A DNA stretch of 64,000 nucleotides from Candidatus Aquivivens invisus (GTDB lineage Bacteria > Omnitrophota > Gorgyraeia > Aquiviventales > Aquiviventaceae): the NCBI GenBank assembly GCA_001804415.1, contig MHGA01000031.1, forward strand, positions 10,788 through 74,787, in the 5' to 3' direction. Below, piece after piece: positions 39,886 to 47,319 of this stretch; position 1 is the stretch's first letter; every line of letters starts with the position of its first letter. The notes under the pieces were generated by a model, which was not told where the DNA came from, made no database searches, and worked only from the letters and a program-made list of their open reading frames with translations. Position numbers and translations under genes: made by a program.

Positions 39886-42132
39886 CTAGCTTGTCAACGC
39901 AACCGTTCCGCTCTGTTGAGCCATGGTGGTTGAGAGATCGAGCGCGCCCGTTGCGCGTTGCAGGACCGGCAACAGGCGCAGGGCCTCTTCTTCGCCTCGC
40001 TGGATGAACTTCTCTGGATGATAAAACTCCAACCAGTGAGAACCTGGGATGGTGGGGCGGAGCACCACGTCAGCTTCCCGGCAGGCCATCTCGCCGATGT
40101 GGTACTCCATGGATTGCATCGCCCGCATGATCACATCAAACACCAGCGGAGAGACGGATCGTATCAGCTCCTGGCGAAGCCGAAGCATGAGCCTGACCAG
40201 GAGCGGCCTGGAGGCGACATGCGCTTCCCATTCCGCTCGTTGCCGCTGGGCCTGCTCGAGGTACGTTCTCAGTTGCGGGGTGGTGGGAAATACGTTGACC
40301 GCAATCACCCGGTGCGCCCCGGCTTGTTTGACGACGGCCACCGGGACGGGACTGACGACGCCACCGTCCACACAGAGCTTGCCCTGGTAGGTGACGGGTT
40401 TGAAGATCCCTGGGATTGAGACGGAGGCACGCACCGCGAGCGCAATCGGGCCGGTTGCGAAGATCACTTCCTCGCGAGCCATGGGGTTGGACGCGACGAT
40501 TCGAAGCGGCAGACGGGTTTGCTCGAAGGTTTTACCGGCAAAGTCATTCTCCAAGTGAGCCATCAATTGGGCGCCCTGGATGGGCCCTCCGACGAGCGGT
40601 CCCATCAGGAGCGCCAGGATGACGCACACGATGAATCCCAACAAGAGCCCTGCCCACACGCCGGCCAGCACCCCCATCAGACCACCTGCCAGAGCGCCGA
40701 TGACCAGGCTCGCGGCCGGCAAACCCAGGTCAAAGACGAACAACCGCCGGATGTCCCACGGGTTCTTAAACCGAAGCGCCATACGTTCCAGTTCCTGAGC
40801 GGAGACTCCGGAGGCCCACAATCCCCCCACCAGTGCGCCGATGCTCGAGCCGGACACGAGATCAATTGGGATGTGTTCCCGTTCGAAGACTTTCAAGACC
40901 CCGATATGCGCCAGCCCCAGGGCGGCGCCTGACCCCAACGCCAGGCCCACCAGCAGTCCACCAAGATCTCGGGCGACATACCGCACCGCGCGCGCGTACG
41001 GCGAGTTACGCTGGTCGAGGAGACGAAGCAACTCATCAATGCTCACTTCGCCGGAAGGCGTCTCGATGTGGGGCAAGGCGAGGTCGATCGGGCGCTCCAG
41101 CGTCTCAGCGACTTGAGCCGAGGTCAGACGTTCGCGCTCGGACTCAACGAGATTCAGGACGATCTTCATCTGCTGAGGGGGCGACCCCACGGCATCGCGG
41201 AGCTGCCGCATGAGGGCCTGTGTCCGGATCACCGATTCGCGCGTACAATCAGTCACGAGGTAGATCAGATCGGCTTGGGTCAGGGCTTTCAGGACCGTGG
41301 CATCGACGTCGATCGGTAAATCCATCAGGATATACCGATAATGCTGAGCCAGCTCACTCGCCAAGGGGGCAATTAAGGCTTCGTGCCCCTCGTGGGTGGT
41401 CGGTGCCCCGGCATACAGAAAGTCAAACCCGGCAGGATGATGCTGGATCTCATGGGCGATCTCTTCATCGGAGACCAATCCCTGGTGGACGATGGACCTG
41501 ACGTGTGGGTGGCTGGCGCCTCCAAAGAAGCGATTGATCTGCCCCTCCGGCGTGTTGACATCAACGAGGATAACGGGCTGGTGCGTTTCGCGCCGCAAGG
41601 AGGTCGCCAACGCCACCGTAAACAAGGTCCGTCCGACTCCGCGCGCCGCGCTATAGATCGCGAGAATCGTGGCTTCGGTCCCACCGCCAGCGGCATGCCC
41701 TTTGATGCGCAGGCGCTTGGAGAGGAGACGGCTTAAATAGAGCACCAAGGACGGGATTCGATTGATCAGCTCTTCAAAATCGTGCTTCTCGAGTTGGAAG
41801 ATGAGGGTGTCATTAAGGGCCTGGACGGTTGCGGAATGGGGCTCACCGGTCAGCAGGGAGACTTCCCCAAATGTATCCCCGTTATGCAAGACGGTGTAGA
41901 GGTGCTTCGTCCCATCGATGACCGAGAACACCTCAAGCCGGCCGGAGGCGACAATGTAGAGGGCGGCGGCCGCCTCGCCCTCCCGATAGAGCATTTCCCC
42001 TTTCTTATATTCCACGAGGCGGGTGCGCGCGGCGACGAGATGGAGATGCTCCTCGGTGCATGAGGAGAACAGCGCGATCCGTCGCAGGATGCTGAGCTTC
42101 TCTTCCGAACCAGGCTGATCGGCAATCGTCAT
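39886..42132 (-). CDS. Three-domain protein: N-terminal cyclic-nucleotide-binding (CAP-effector) domain + degenerate MinD/ParA/CpaE-like domain + C-terminal patatin-like phospholipase
   Basis: cNMP domain: phosphate-binding cassette FGEVSLLTGEPHSATVQA (canonical Arg replaced by His). Middle domain: ILAIYSAARGVGRTLFTVALATSL with a deviant Walker A (no Lys). Patatin: GSGAALG, GSSIG (GxSxG), and DGGVVSPVP (catalytic Asp). Confidence 0.8.
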   Translation of the reverse strand: MTIADQPGSEEKLSILRRIALFSSCTEEHLHLVAARTRLVEYKKGEMLYREGEAAAALYIVASGRLEVFSVIDGTKHLYTVLHNGDTFGEVSLLTGEPHSATVQALNDTLIFQLEKHDFEELINRIPSLVLYLSRLLSKRLRIKGHAAGGGTEATILAIYSAARGVGRTLFTVALATSLRRETHQPVILVDVNTPEGQINRFFGGASHPHVRSIVHQGLVSDEEIAHEIQHHPAGFDFLYAGAPTTHEGHEALIAPLASELAQHYRYILMDLPIDVDATVLKALTQADLIYLVTDCTRESVIRTQALMRQLRDAVGSPPQQMKIVLNLVESERERLTSAQVAETLERPIDLALPHIETPSGEVSIDELLRLLDQRNSPYARAVRYVARDLGGLLVGLALGSGAALGLAHIGVLKVFEREHIPIDLVSGSSIGALVGGLWASGVSAQELERMALRFKNPWDIRRLFVFDLGLPAASLVIGALAGGLMGVLAGVWAGLLLGFIVCVILALLMGPLVGGPIQGAQLMAHLENDFAGKTFEQTRLPLRIVASNPMAREEVIFATGPIALAVRASVSIPGIFKPVTYQGKLCVDGGVVSPVPVAVVKQAGAHRVIAVNVFPTTPQLRTYLEQAQRQRAEWEAHVASRPLLVRLMLRLRQELIRSVSPLVFDVIMRAMQSMEYHIGEMACREADVVLRPTIPGSHWLEFYHPEKFIQRGEEEALRLLPVLQRATGALDLSTTMAQQSGTVALTS

Positions 42133-42875
42133 GAGCGCCCTTGCAGGATGTCTCGCAGCCGTCTCGGTACGTTCGTGACGAGACCATCCGCGCCCATCCG
42201 CAGCACCCGCCTGGCCTCACCGGGCGCATCCACCGTCCAGAGGTGGACTCGCAATCCGTGCCTGTGCGCCTGCTGAATCAGGGCGGGCGTCGTCACGGTA
42301 TGATGGGGGTGGAAGGCCACGCACTCCAGCGCGATCGCGCGACGAAGCGCCTGCCACGGCCGGCGAGCGCACAGCAACGCGCGCGGCACGCGTGGGGCTG
42401 CGGCCTTCAGGCGGGCCAGCAGATCGCCATCGAATGAAGACACCAAGACGCGACGCCGCATCCGAGTCCACCGCAAGCAACGGATCAGGCGCGCGATCAG
42501 GTCGGCTGCATGCGAGGTGGCCTTGAGCTCCAGATTCACCCCACAGGCAGGTGGGCACATCGTCAAGGCCTGTGAGACCAGCAGGGGGCGCTCACCCGCA
42601 AACCGCGACGCAAACCATAATCCCGTATCCAGCCGTCGCAGGTCACGGTAGAGCCAACTGGCGAGCCGACCGCGGCCGGTGCTTGTCCGCTCCAGTCGGT
42701 CATCATGGAAGATCACGAGCCGCTTGTCTCGCGTGAGCTGCACATCAAGCTCAACCAGGTGAGCTCCCTGCCTGAAGGCGAGCCGAATCGCCGCGGCCGT
42801 ATTTTCCGGTGCTTCCGTGGCTGCGCCGCGATGGGCGATGAGCAGCGCTCGATTACCAGCAAAACTCCACGGCAT
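42129..42875 (-). CDS. Glycerophosphodiester phosphodiesterase
   Basis: LIAHRGA...PENT.AA...A...GA...ELDV.LT.D...V..HD is the GDPD signature. 4-nt overlap with the patatin gene. Confidence 0.85.
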   Translation of the reverse strand: MPWSFAGNRALLIAHRGAATEAPENTAAAIRLAFRQGAHLVELDVQLTRDKRLVIFHDDRLERTSTGRGRLASWLYRDLRRLDTGLWFASRFAGERPLLVSQALTMCPPACGVNLELKATSHAADLIARLIRCLRWTRMRRRVLVSSFDGDLLARLKAAAPRVPRALLCARRPWQALRRAIALECVAFHPHHTVTTPALIQQAHRHGLRVHLWTVDAPGEARRVLRMGADGLVTNVPRRLRDILQGRS

Positions 42876-42919
42876 CGCCGCGTCTCATAGGGGTCATCAG
42901 CGGGACGCGTGTGGATGGG

Positions 42920-43279
42920 TTATTCACGGGACGCGGTCAGCTCGAGATGGCGCAGGACGTAGCGGGCCACCGTGGCGCGATCCCCATCCGATAGATCGCT
43001 GAAGAAAATCGCCACATCGTAGGTGGAGATCCGACGACGGAACGCCGGAGGCTTCACCCGCACCACGACCCCCTGACACTCGATGGCGCGGCTGTGACCC
43101 TCAACCTCGAGCTGAAGCCGCACCTGGAGTTTCGTCATCGGAGCCACGAAGTGGGAGAACGCGCAGTACGCCCCGGACGCACTGAGGTTCTTGGTCTGCA
43201 CAATGAATGTTTGGCTCCGTTCCTTCACCGCCAGGGGAATGCGGTGGTCTACTCGAGGAGCCGATCGCCGTTCCTGCAT
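42920..43279 (-). CDS. PilZ-domain protein (c-di-GMP receptor-like); start uncertain (43279 or 43375)
   Basis: RRSAPR (RxxxR) and NLSASGAY (DxSxGG-like) PilZ motifs. Confidence 0.6.
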   Translation of the reverse strand: MQERRSAPRVDHRIPLAVKERSQTFIVQTKNLSASGAYCAFSHFVAPMTKLQVRLQLEVEGHSRAIECQGVVVRVKPPAFRRRISTYDVAIFFSDLSDGDRATVARYVLRHLELTASRE

Positions 43280-43290
43280 TCGCGTTCCTC

Positions 43291-43641
43291 TCATCCGGGC
43301 GGCCACCTCATCAGTCGCCCACCGAGTAGGTGGAGATGGATATGAAAGACGCTCTGCCCCGCGCCTGCGCCGCAATTGATCACCACTCGGTACCCTGACT
43401 CGGCAATCCCGGCCTGCTTGGCCAACCGGTCCGCCAAGAGCATGCCCTTGGCCATCAGAGGAGCTGATTCGGCCGTTAACTCCGAGACAGTCGCGAGGTG
43501 GCGCTTAGGAATAATAAGCAGGTGGGTGGGTGCCTGCGGGTTGATGTCCTTGAACGCCAGGAGCTCGTCATCTTCGGTGACGATCTGCGCGGGCAGCGTA
43601 CGCTGGACGATGCGGCAGAACAGACACGAGAGGTCAGGCAT
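43291..43641 (-). CDS. HIT-family hydrolase (histidine triad)
   Basis: N-terminal CLFCRI and histidine triad HIHLHLLGG. Start at internal MPDLSCLFC (43641). Confidence 0.8.
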   Translation of the reverse strand: MPDLSCLFCRIVQRTLPAQIVTEDDELLAFKDINPQAPTHLLIIPKRHLATVSELTAESAPLMAKGMLLADRLAKQAGIAESGYRVVINCGAGAGQSVFHIHLHLLGGRLMRWPPG

Positions 43642-43828
43642 TCGGGGTCGACGGCGACGGCTCGGCTTGGGGCTTGTCAGCTGGGGGCTTGCTCTGCTCT
43701 TCCTTGGCTTTTTCTGCCGCGGTCTTCCAGCAGGCTTTCTTGCAGAAGTATTGGCCGTTGCGGTAGTACCAATGTTGCTTGCCAAGACGCTTCCCACAGG
43801 ACGTACAGCTACCACTCGGTCGACTCAT
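43634..43828 (-). CDS. Small zinc-ribbon protein, TRASH/FCS-like (C-x2-C-x17-FC-x3-C) with Lys/Pro-rich tail
   Basis: MSRPSGSCTSCGKRL...YFCKKAC. The ATG directly abuts the upstream EndoIII-like stop (TGAATG). Overlaps the alternative long N-terminus of the HIT ORF. Confidence 0.5.
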   Translation of the reverse strand: MSRPSGSCTSCGKRLGKQHWYYRNGQYFCKKACWKTAAEKAKEEQSKPPADKPQAEPSPSTPNA

Positions 43829-44515
43829 TCACGCATGCACCTCGATGTGATGGGGGAATTTCCCCAGGGGACAGGACGCGCAGTCGGGATCCGTACGATG
43901 GCAATACCGCTTGCCCACGGCCACCAACAACGCGTGGAATTCGTTATAGAGTTGAACCCTGCGTGGCAACCGATCCAGACAAAACCGTTGGGTCTCATCG
44001 TACGGTTCCCGGCCCGAGATCAGATGATGGCGCTGAAAGATCCGCCTCGTATAGGCGTCGATCACAAAGGTTGGCCGGCGGCCGGCGTACAAGAGGATCG
44101 AGTCGGCCGTCTCCGGCCCGATGCCCTTCAGCCCAAGCAATTCTTGCCGCAAACGCCTCGCGGGCGTACGAAACATGGCGCGGGTTGAGCCCTGATACCG
44201 CTTGAGATGCCACCGGCTGAATCCTTGCAGCACCGCGGCTTTCTGCCGAAAGTAGCCACTCGGACGGATGAGGCGCTGAATCGCCGTCGAAGGCCGCCTG
44301 GCCAGCGTCCGGGCGGACAGCGCGTGCGCGGCTTCGAGTTGCGCAATGGCCCGCTCGACATTGACCCAGGCGGTGTTTTGCGTGAGGATCGCCCCGACCA
44401 TCACCTCGAACGGACTCTTCGCCGGCCACCAGTGTTGGGGGCCAAGGGCCCGCACGAGATGATGATACAGGGAACGAAGCGAAGGACGCTGCCGCCGGCC
44501 TCGCCAAGCACGCAT
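43829..44515 (-). CDS. Endonuclease III-like HhH-GPD DNA glycosylase (paralog, atypical Fe-S loop)
   Basis: HhH-GPD LLGLKGIGPETADSILLY...D. The C-terminal C-x6-C-x2-C is not followed by a fourth Cys (CPLGKFPHH). Confidence 0.75.
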   Translation of the reverse strand: MRAWRGRRQRPSLRSLYHHLVRALGPQHWWPAKSPFEVMVGAILTQNTAWVNVERAIAQLEAAHALSARTLARRPSTAIQRLIRPSGYFRQKAAVLQGFSRWHLKRYQGSTRAMFRTPARRLRQELLGLKGIGPETADSILLYAGRRPTFVIDAYTRRIFQRHHLISGREPYDETQRFCLDRLPRRVQLYNEFHALLVAVGKRYCHRTDPDCASCPLGKFPHHIEVHA

Positions 44516-44699
44516 CGAGCGGGGACGTGGTCAACGAATCGCCCACGCAAGCCAGTGGTACGTCAGCGCCAGACTCAAGCCGATCACCAACCCCAACAGC
44601 AGGTCAGGGAGACGCGGATTGAAGGTGGGCATATACATGATGCTATTGTAGCGGGACAGAGACTCATCGTCAATCGTGAACCCCGCGGGATCAAAAAAA

Positions 44700-44727
44700 C
44701 TGGGGCTGCCCGGAAGGGCAGCCCCAG
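44700..44727 (-). terminator. Rho-independent terminator (minus-strand orientation: stem then T7)
   Basis: aaaaaaaCTGGGGCTGCCCggaaGGGCAGCCCCAG on the plus strand is a stem followed by TTTTTTT on the minus strand. Confidence 0.6.
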
Positions 44728-44753
44728 GCCGTTCGGGTTCCTGTGGTGAGCGC

Positions 44754-44896
44754 TACTTGACTGCGAGCTTGAGCACCCCAATGACACTGAGGATCACGAA
44801 CAACAGCTTAAACGTGTCAAGGGGGTAGTGCAGCCCGAGCGTCACACCGAGGATGACCCCGATAATCACATCCACGTGGCGATCAGACAGCTTCAT
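44754..44896 (-). CDS. Putative 47-aa hydrophobic membrane peptide
   Basis: Manual translation: MKLSDRHVDVIIGVILGVTLGLHYPLDTFKLLFVILSVIGVLKLAVK. Followed by the terminator and preceded by the AT-rich region. Confidence 0.3.
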
Positions 44897-45090
44897 CACC
44901 TGGACTCACCTCCTTAAGTAGACGGTTGTCTGTACATCGAGACCGCTGTCTACCTGAACCCGCCATCCTGGACCTTCTGGCTGCCGGTTCTCTACTCACA
45001 ACTATACCATATTTCTTAAATTTTGGCAACATTAGACTACGTAACTCATTATTTCAGAATAGGTTAGACGTAATATCAGACAGGAAAAAA

Positions 45091-45474
45091 CTAGCGGCTA
45101 CTTGGGGGTCTGGGAGAGTCTAAATATCTAGACAAAAGTTGCCTATTTCGGTCAGAAAGCTCGTCGAACATGATGCCAAGATAGAACTGCTCGCCGTTTG
45201 GCACCTGCTGAAACCACACGGTGCGCGCTCTGACCTGCATCACGGTCTTGTCGCGACCCAGATCAAGCTCCACCGAAAGAGGCGTTGAGACAGGTTTGGA
45301 GAGGGGGCTCAGGCACTTCAATCCCCCAATTGACACGTCTTTGGTCAGCGTTTGAATGACCTTCGTTTCGCCTTGTGGATAGAGCCGAACCGGCAGGACG
45401 CAGCGTATTCTCGGAGACCGACGACGTTCCTCGGACATCCCCTGCAGCATACCACCAGCCCTTCTGAGTGTCAA
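45091..45474 (-). CDS. PilZ-domain protein
   Basis: RRRSPRIR (RxxxR) and DVSIGGLKC (D.S.GG) PilZ motifs; 127 aa. Confidence 0.7.
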   Translation of the reverse strand: MTLRRAGGMLQGMSEERRRSPRIRCVLPVRLYPQGETKVIQTLTKDVSIGGLKCLSPLSKPVSTPLSVELDLGRDKTVMQVRARTVWFQQVPNGEQFYLGIMFDELSDRNRQLLSRYLDSPRPPSSR

Positions 45475-45580
45475 ACATTTCCCTCTTGATTTCCCCTCCC
45501 TGCGCGCTACAATGAAACTGGGTATCTTTTTGCTTGGAGTTGTTAACGTGGTTCTGTCTTGTCCTTGAACCTGTTCACGT

Positions 45581-46420
45581 ATGTATCTTGACTATCTCGG
45601 GCTGCGCGAACACCCCTTCTCAGTCACCACGGATCCCGCCTTCCTGTACCTGTCCCGACGGCATCGCGAGGCGCTCTCCCACATGATGTACGGCATCCGG
45701 GAGCGCAAAGGGTTCATCGAAATTACCGGCGAGATCGGCACGGGGAAAACCACCTTATGCAAAGCCTTGCTGCGCCAGTTGGAAGACACGACGCGAACCG
45801 CATTGATCCTCCATTCAGGGCTGTCGGAACTACAACTGTTGCAGGCGGTCATCCAAGATTTCGGCCTGGACCCCATGCGTGGCAACCGCTTCGGGTTGTT
45901 CAACGAGCTGAACCGCTTCCTTATTGAGCAGGCCACCCTCGGCAATAACATCGTCCTGATCATCGATGAGGCACAGAACCTCAGCCTGCGGGTCCTGGAA
46001 CAAATTCGGATGCTCTCCAATCTCGAGACGGACAAGCAGAAGCTGGTCCAGATCGTCCTCGTCGGGCAGCCCCAATTACGGGATAAGCTGGACCGGCCTT
46101 CCTTGCGGCAGTTGCAGCAGCGCATCGGGGTGCGCTATCACATCTTGCCGCTCGATGGGGAGGAGGTGCGCACCTATATCGAGCACCGCTTGGAGATCGC
46201 AGGTTCCGATGGCAGTCTCGCGTTCACCGGGGAAGCCTTTGAGGAGATCTACCGGTGTTCGAACGGCATCCCGAGGCTCATGAACCTGGTGTGCGATCGA
46301 GCGTTGCTGGCGTGTTACGTGCTGCGGACGAAGCTGGTGGATCGGGCGCTCATCCAGCGCAGCTACCAGGAACTGATGGGGCAAGTCCCGCTGTCAACGA
46401 GCGAACCCGTAAAGGTGTAG
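45581..46420 (+). CDS. ExeA/GspA-like AAA ATPase (secretin/pilus assembly ATPase family)
   Basis: PF..TTDP.FLY....H.EAL..M.YGI........ITGEIGTGKTTLC.ALL..L is the AAA_16/ExeA N-terminal signature. Confidence 0.8.
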   Translation: MYLDYLGLREHPFSVTTDPAFLYLSRRHREALSHMMYGIRERKGFIEITGEIGTGKTTLCKALLRQLEDTTRTALILHSGLSELQLLQAVIQDFGLDPMRGNRFGLFNELNRFLIEQATLGNNIVLIIDEAQNLSLRVLEQIRMLSNLETDKQKLVQIVLVGQPQLRDKLDRPSLRQLQQRIGVRYHILPLDGEEVRTYIEHRLEIAGSDGSLAFTGEAFEEIYRCSNGIPRLMNLVCDRALLACYVLRTKLVDRALIQRSYQELMGQVPLSTSEPVKV

Positions 46421-46428
46421 GTGCCATC

Positions 46429-47019
46429 ATGAGCTTGATTGAAGAAGCGTTGCGCCGAGCGCAACAAGCGCCCTCGAAAGCCGAGCCGGTTGTCACGACT
46501 CCAGAATCCATTTCCGAGCCGACGTCGCTGACGCGCTCATCGGATCCGCTCCAGCAGTCGTGGTCCCGTGCTCCGCAGCCTCGGCTGGTCAATGCGACGT
46601 GGTGGATAGGCCTCGCCGTCGGAGGGGCGGCCCTCATCATGCTGATGCTGTGGGGCTATTCCCTGCTCCTGCGATGGCAGCTCGCGAAGAATTCAGTTCC
46701 CGATGCGACGCCTTCACGCGTCGTGCATGTCACGAGCCGACCTGAACCCCTTCAACCAACGGCGAGCCGGCCTCCCAGTGGCGCCAAGCCTGCCCTCAGC
46801 CCATCCGCAGGGGCGACCGCGACCGTGGCCAAACGCAAGCGGCCGGACCTCACGCTCAACGGGATCGTGGAAGGCCGAGGAGAGCCGGTGGCGATCATCA
46901 ACGGGCTGATCTTGCGGATCGGAGACAGCATCGCCGGCGCGACACTCCTCGAGATTTGGGGAGAAGAAGCCAGGCTGCGCTGGCGGGATGAAGATCTGAT
47001 CCTCAGCACGACCCGCTAA
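46429..47019 (+). CDS. GspB/ExeB-like partner protein (single TM, Pro/Ser-rich linker, conserved C-terminal domain)
   Basis: RBS AGGTG before the ATG at 46429. TM WWIGLAVGGAALIMLMLW, then a low-complexity linker, then C-terminal LTLNGIV......AIING.ILRIGD.I.GA.LLEI. Gene context with ExeA. Confidence 0.5.
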   Translation: MSLIEEALRRAQQAPSKAEPVVTTPESISEPTSLTRSSDPLQQSWSRAPQPRLVNATWWIGLAVGGAALIMLMLWGYSLLLRWQLAKNSVPDATPSRVVHVTSRPEPLQPTASRPPSGAKPALSPSAGATATVAKRKRPDLTLNGIVEGRGEPVAIINGLILRIGDSIAGATLLEIWGEEARLRWRDEDLILSTTR

Positions 47020-47020
47020 G

Positions 47021-47284
47021 TCAGGCGACTAATTTATACAGCACGTCGTGCTGTCGGCACCGCTGGTCGACCTTCAGCCCGACGGACTGTCCCGCAACAG
47101 CCTCCTGCACATCCTGGCGGTCAACCTGCATGGAGGCGACCGTTTGCTGGAAGTCGGTGGTGTGGCCTTTGATGTAGATGCGATCGCCGACCCGAAGCGA
47201 TCCCGTAAGCTCCACGACCGCCGCACCCACGTGCGCAAAGAATCCGGCGACTTTCCCGATCTGCTCCATCCGCGCCTCAGCCAT
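47021..47284 (-). CDS. Small beta-barrel protein (EF-Tu domain-2-like), unknown function
   Basis: 87 aa; G.LRVGD.I.I.G pattern resembling translation-factor beta-barrel domains. Confidence 0.35.
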   Translation of the reverse strand: MAEARMEQIGKVAGFFAHVGAAVVELTGSLRVGDRIYIKGHTTDFQQTVASMQVDRQDVQEAVAGQSVGLKVDQRCRQHDVLYKLVA

Positions 47285-47319
47285 CCCTCACCTCCCCGGT
47301 TCTGGTGAACGATTCCGTG

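Noticed and set aside
39886-42132. CBASS-like effector (patatin CapV) interpretation of the cNMP-patatin protein.
   Set aside because: No cyclase (CD-NTase) or other CBASS components nearby. The gene heads a metabolic lipid-catabolism array, so a housekeeping or regulatory phospholipase is more parsimonious.
43291-43815. Long 174-aa form of the HIT ORF.
   Set aside because: The N-terminal 58 residues are basic low-complexity. A better-supported TGAATG-coupled Cys4 mini-ORF occupies that space in another frame, and the HIT homology starts at the internal Met.
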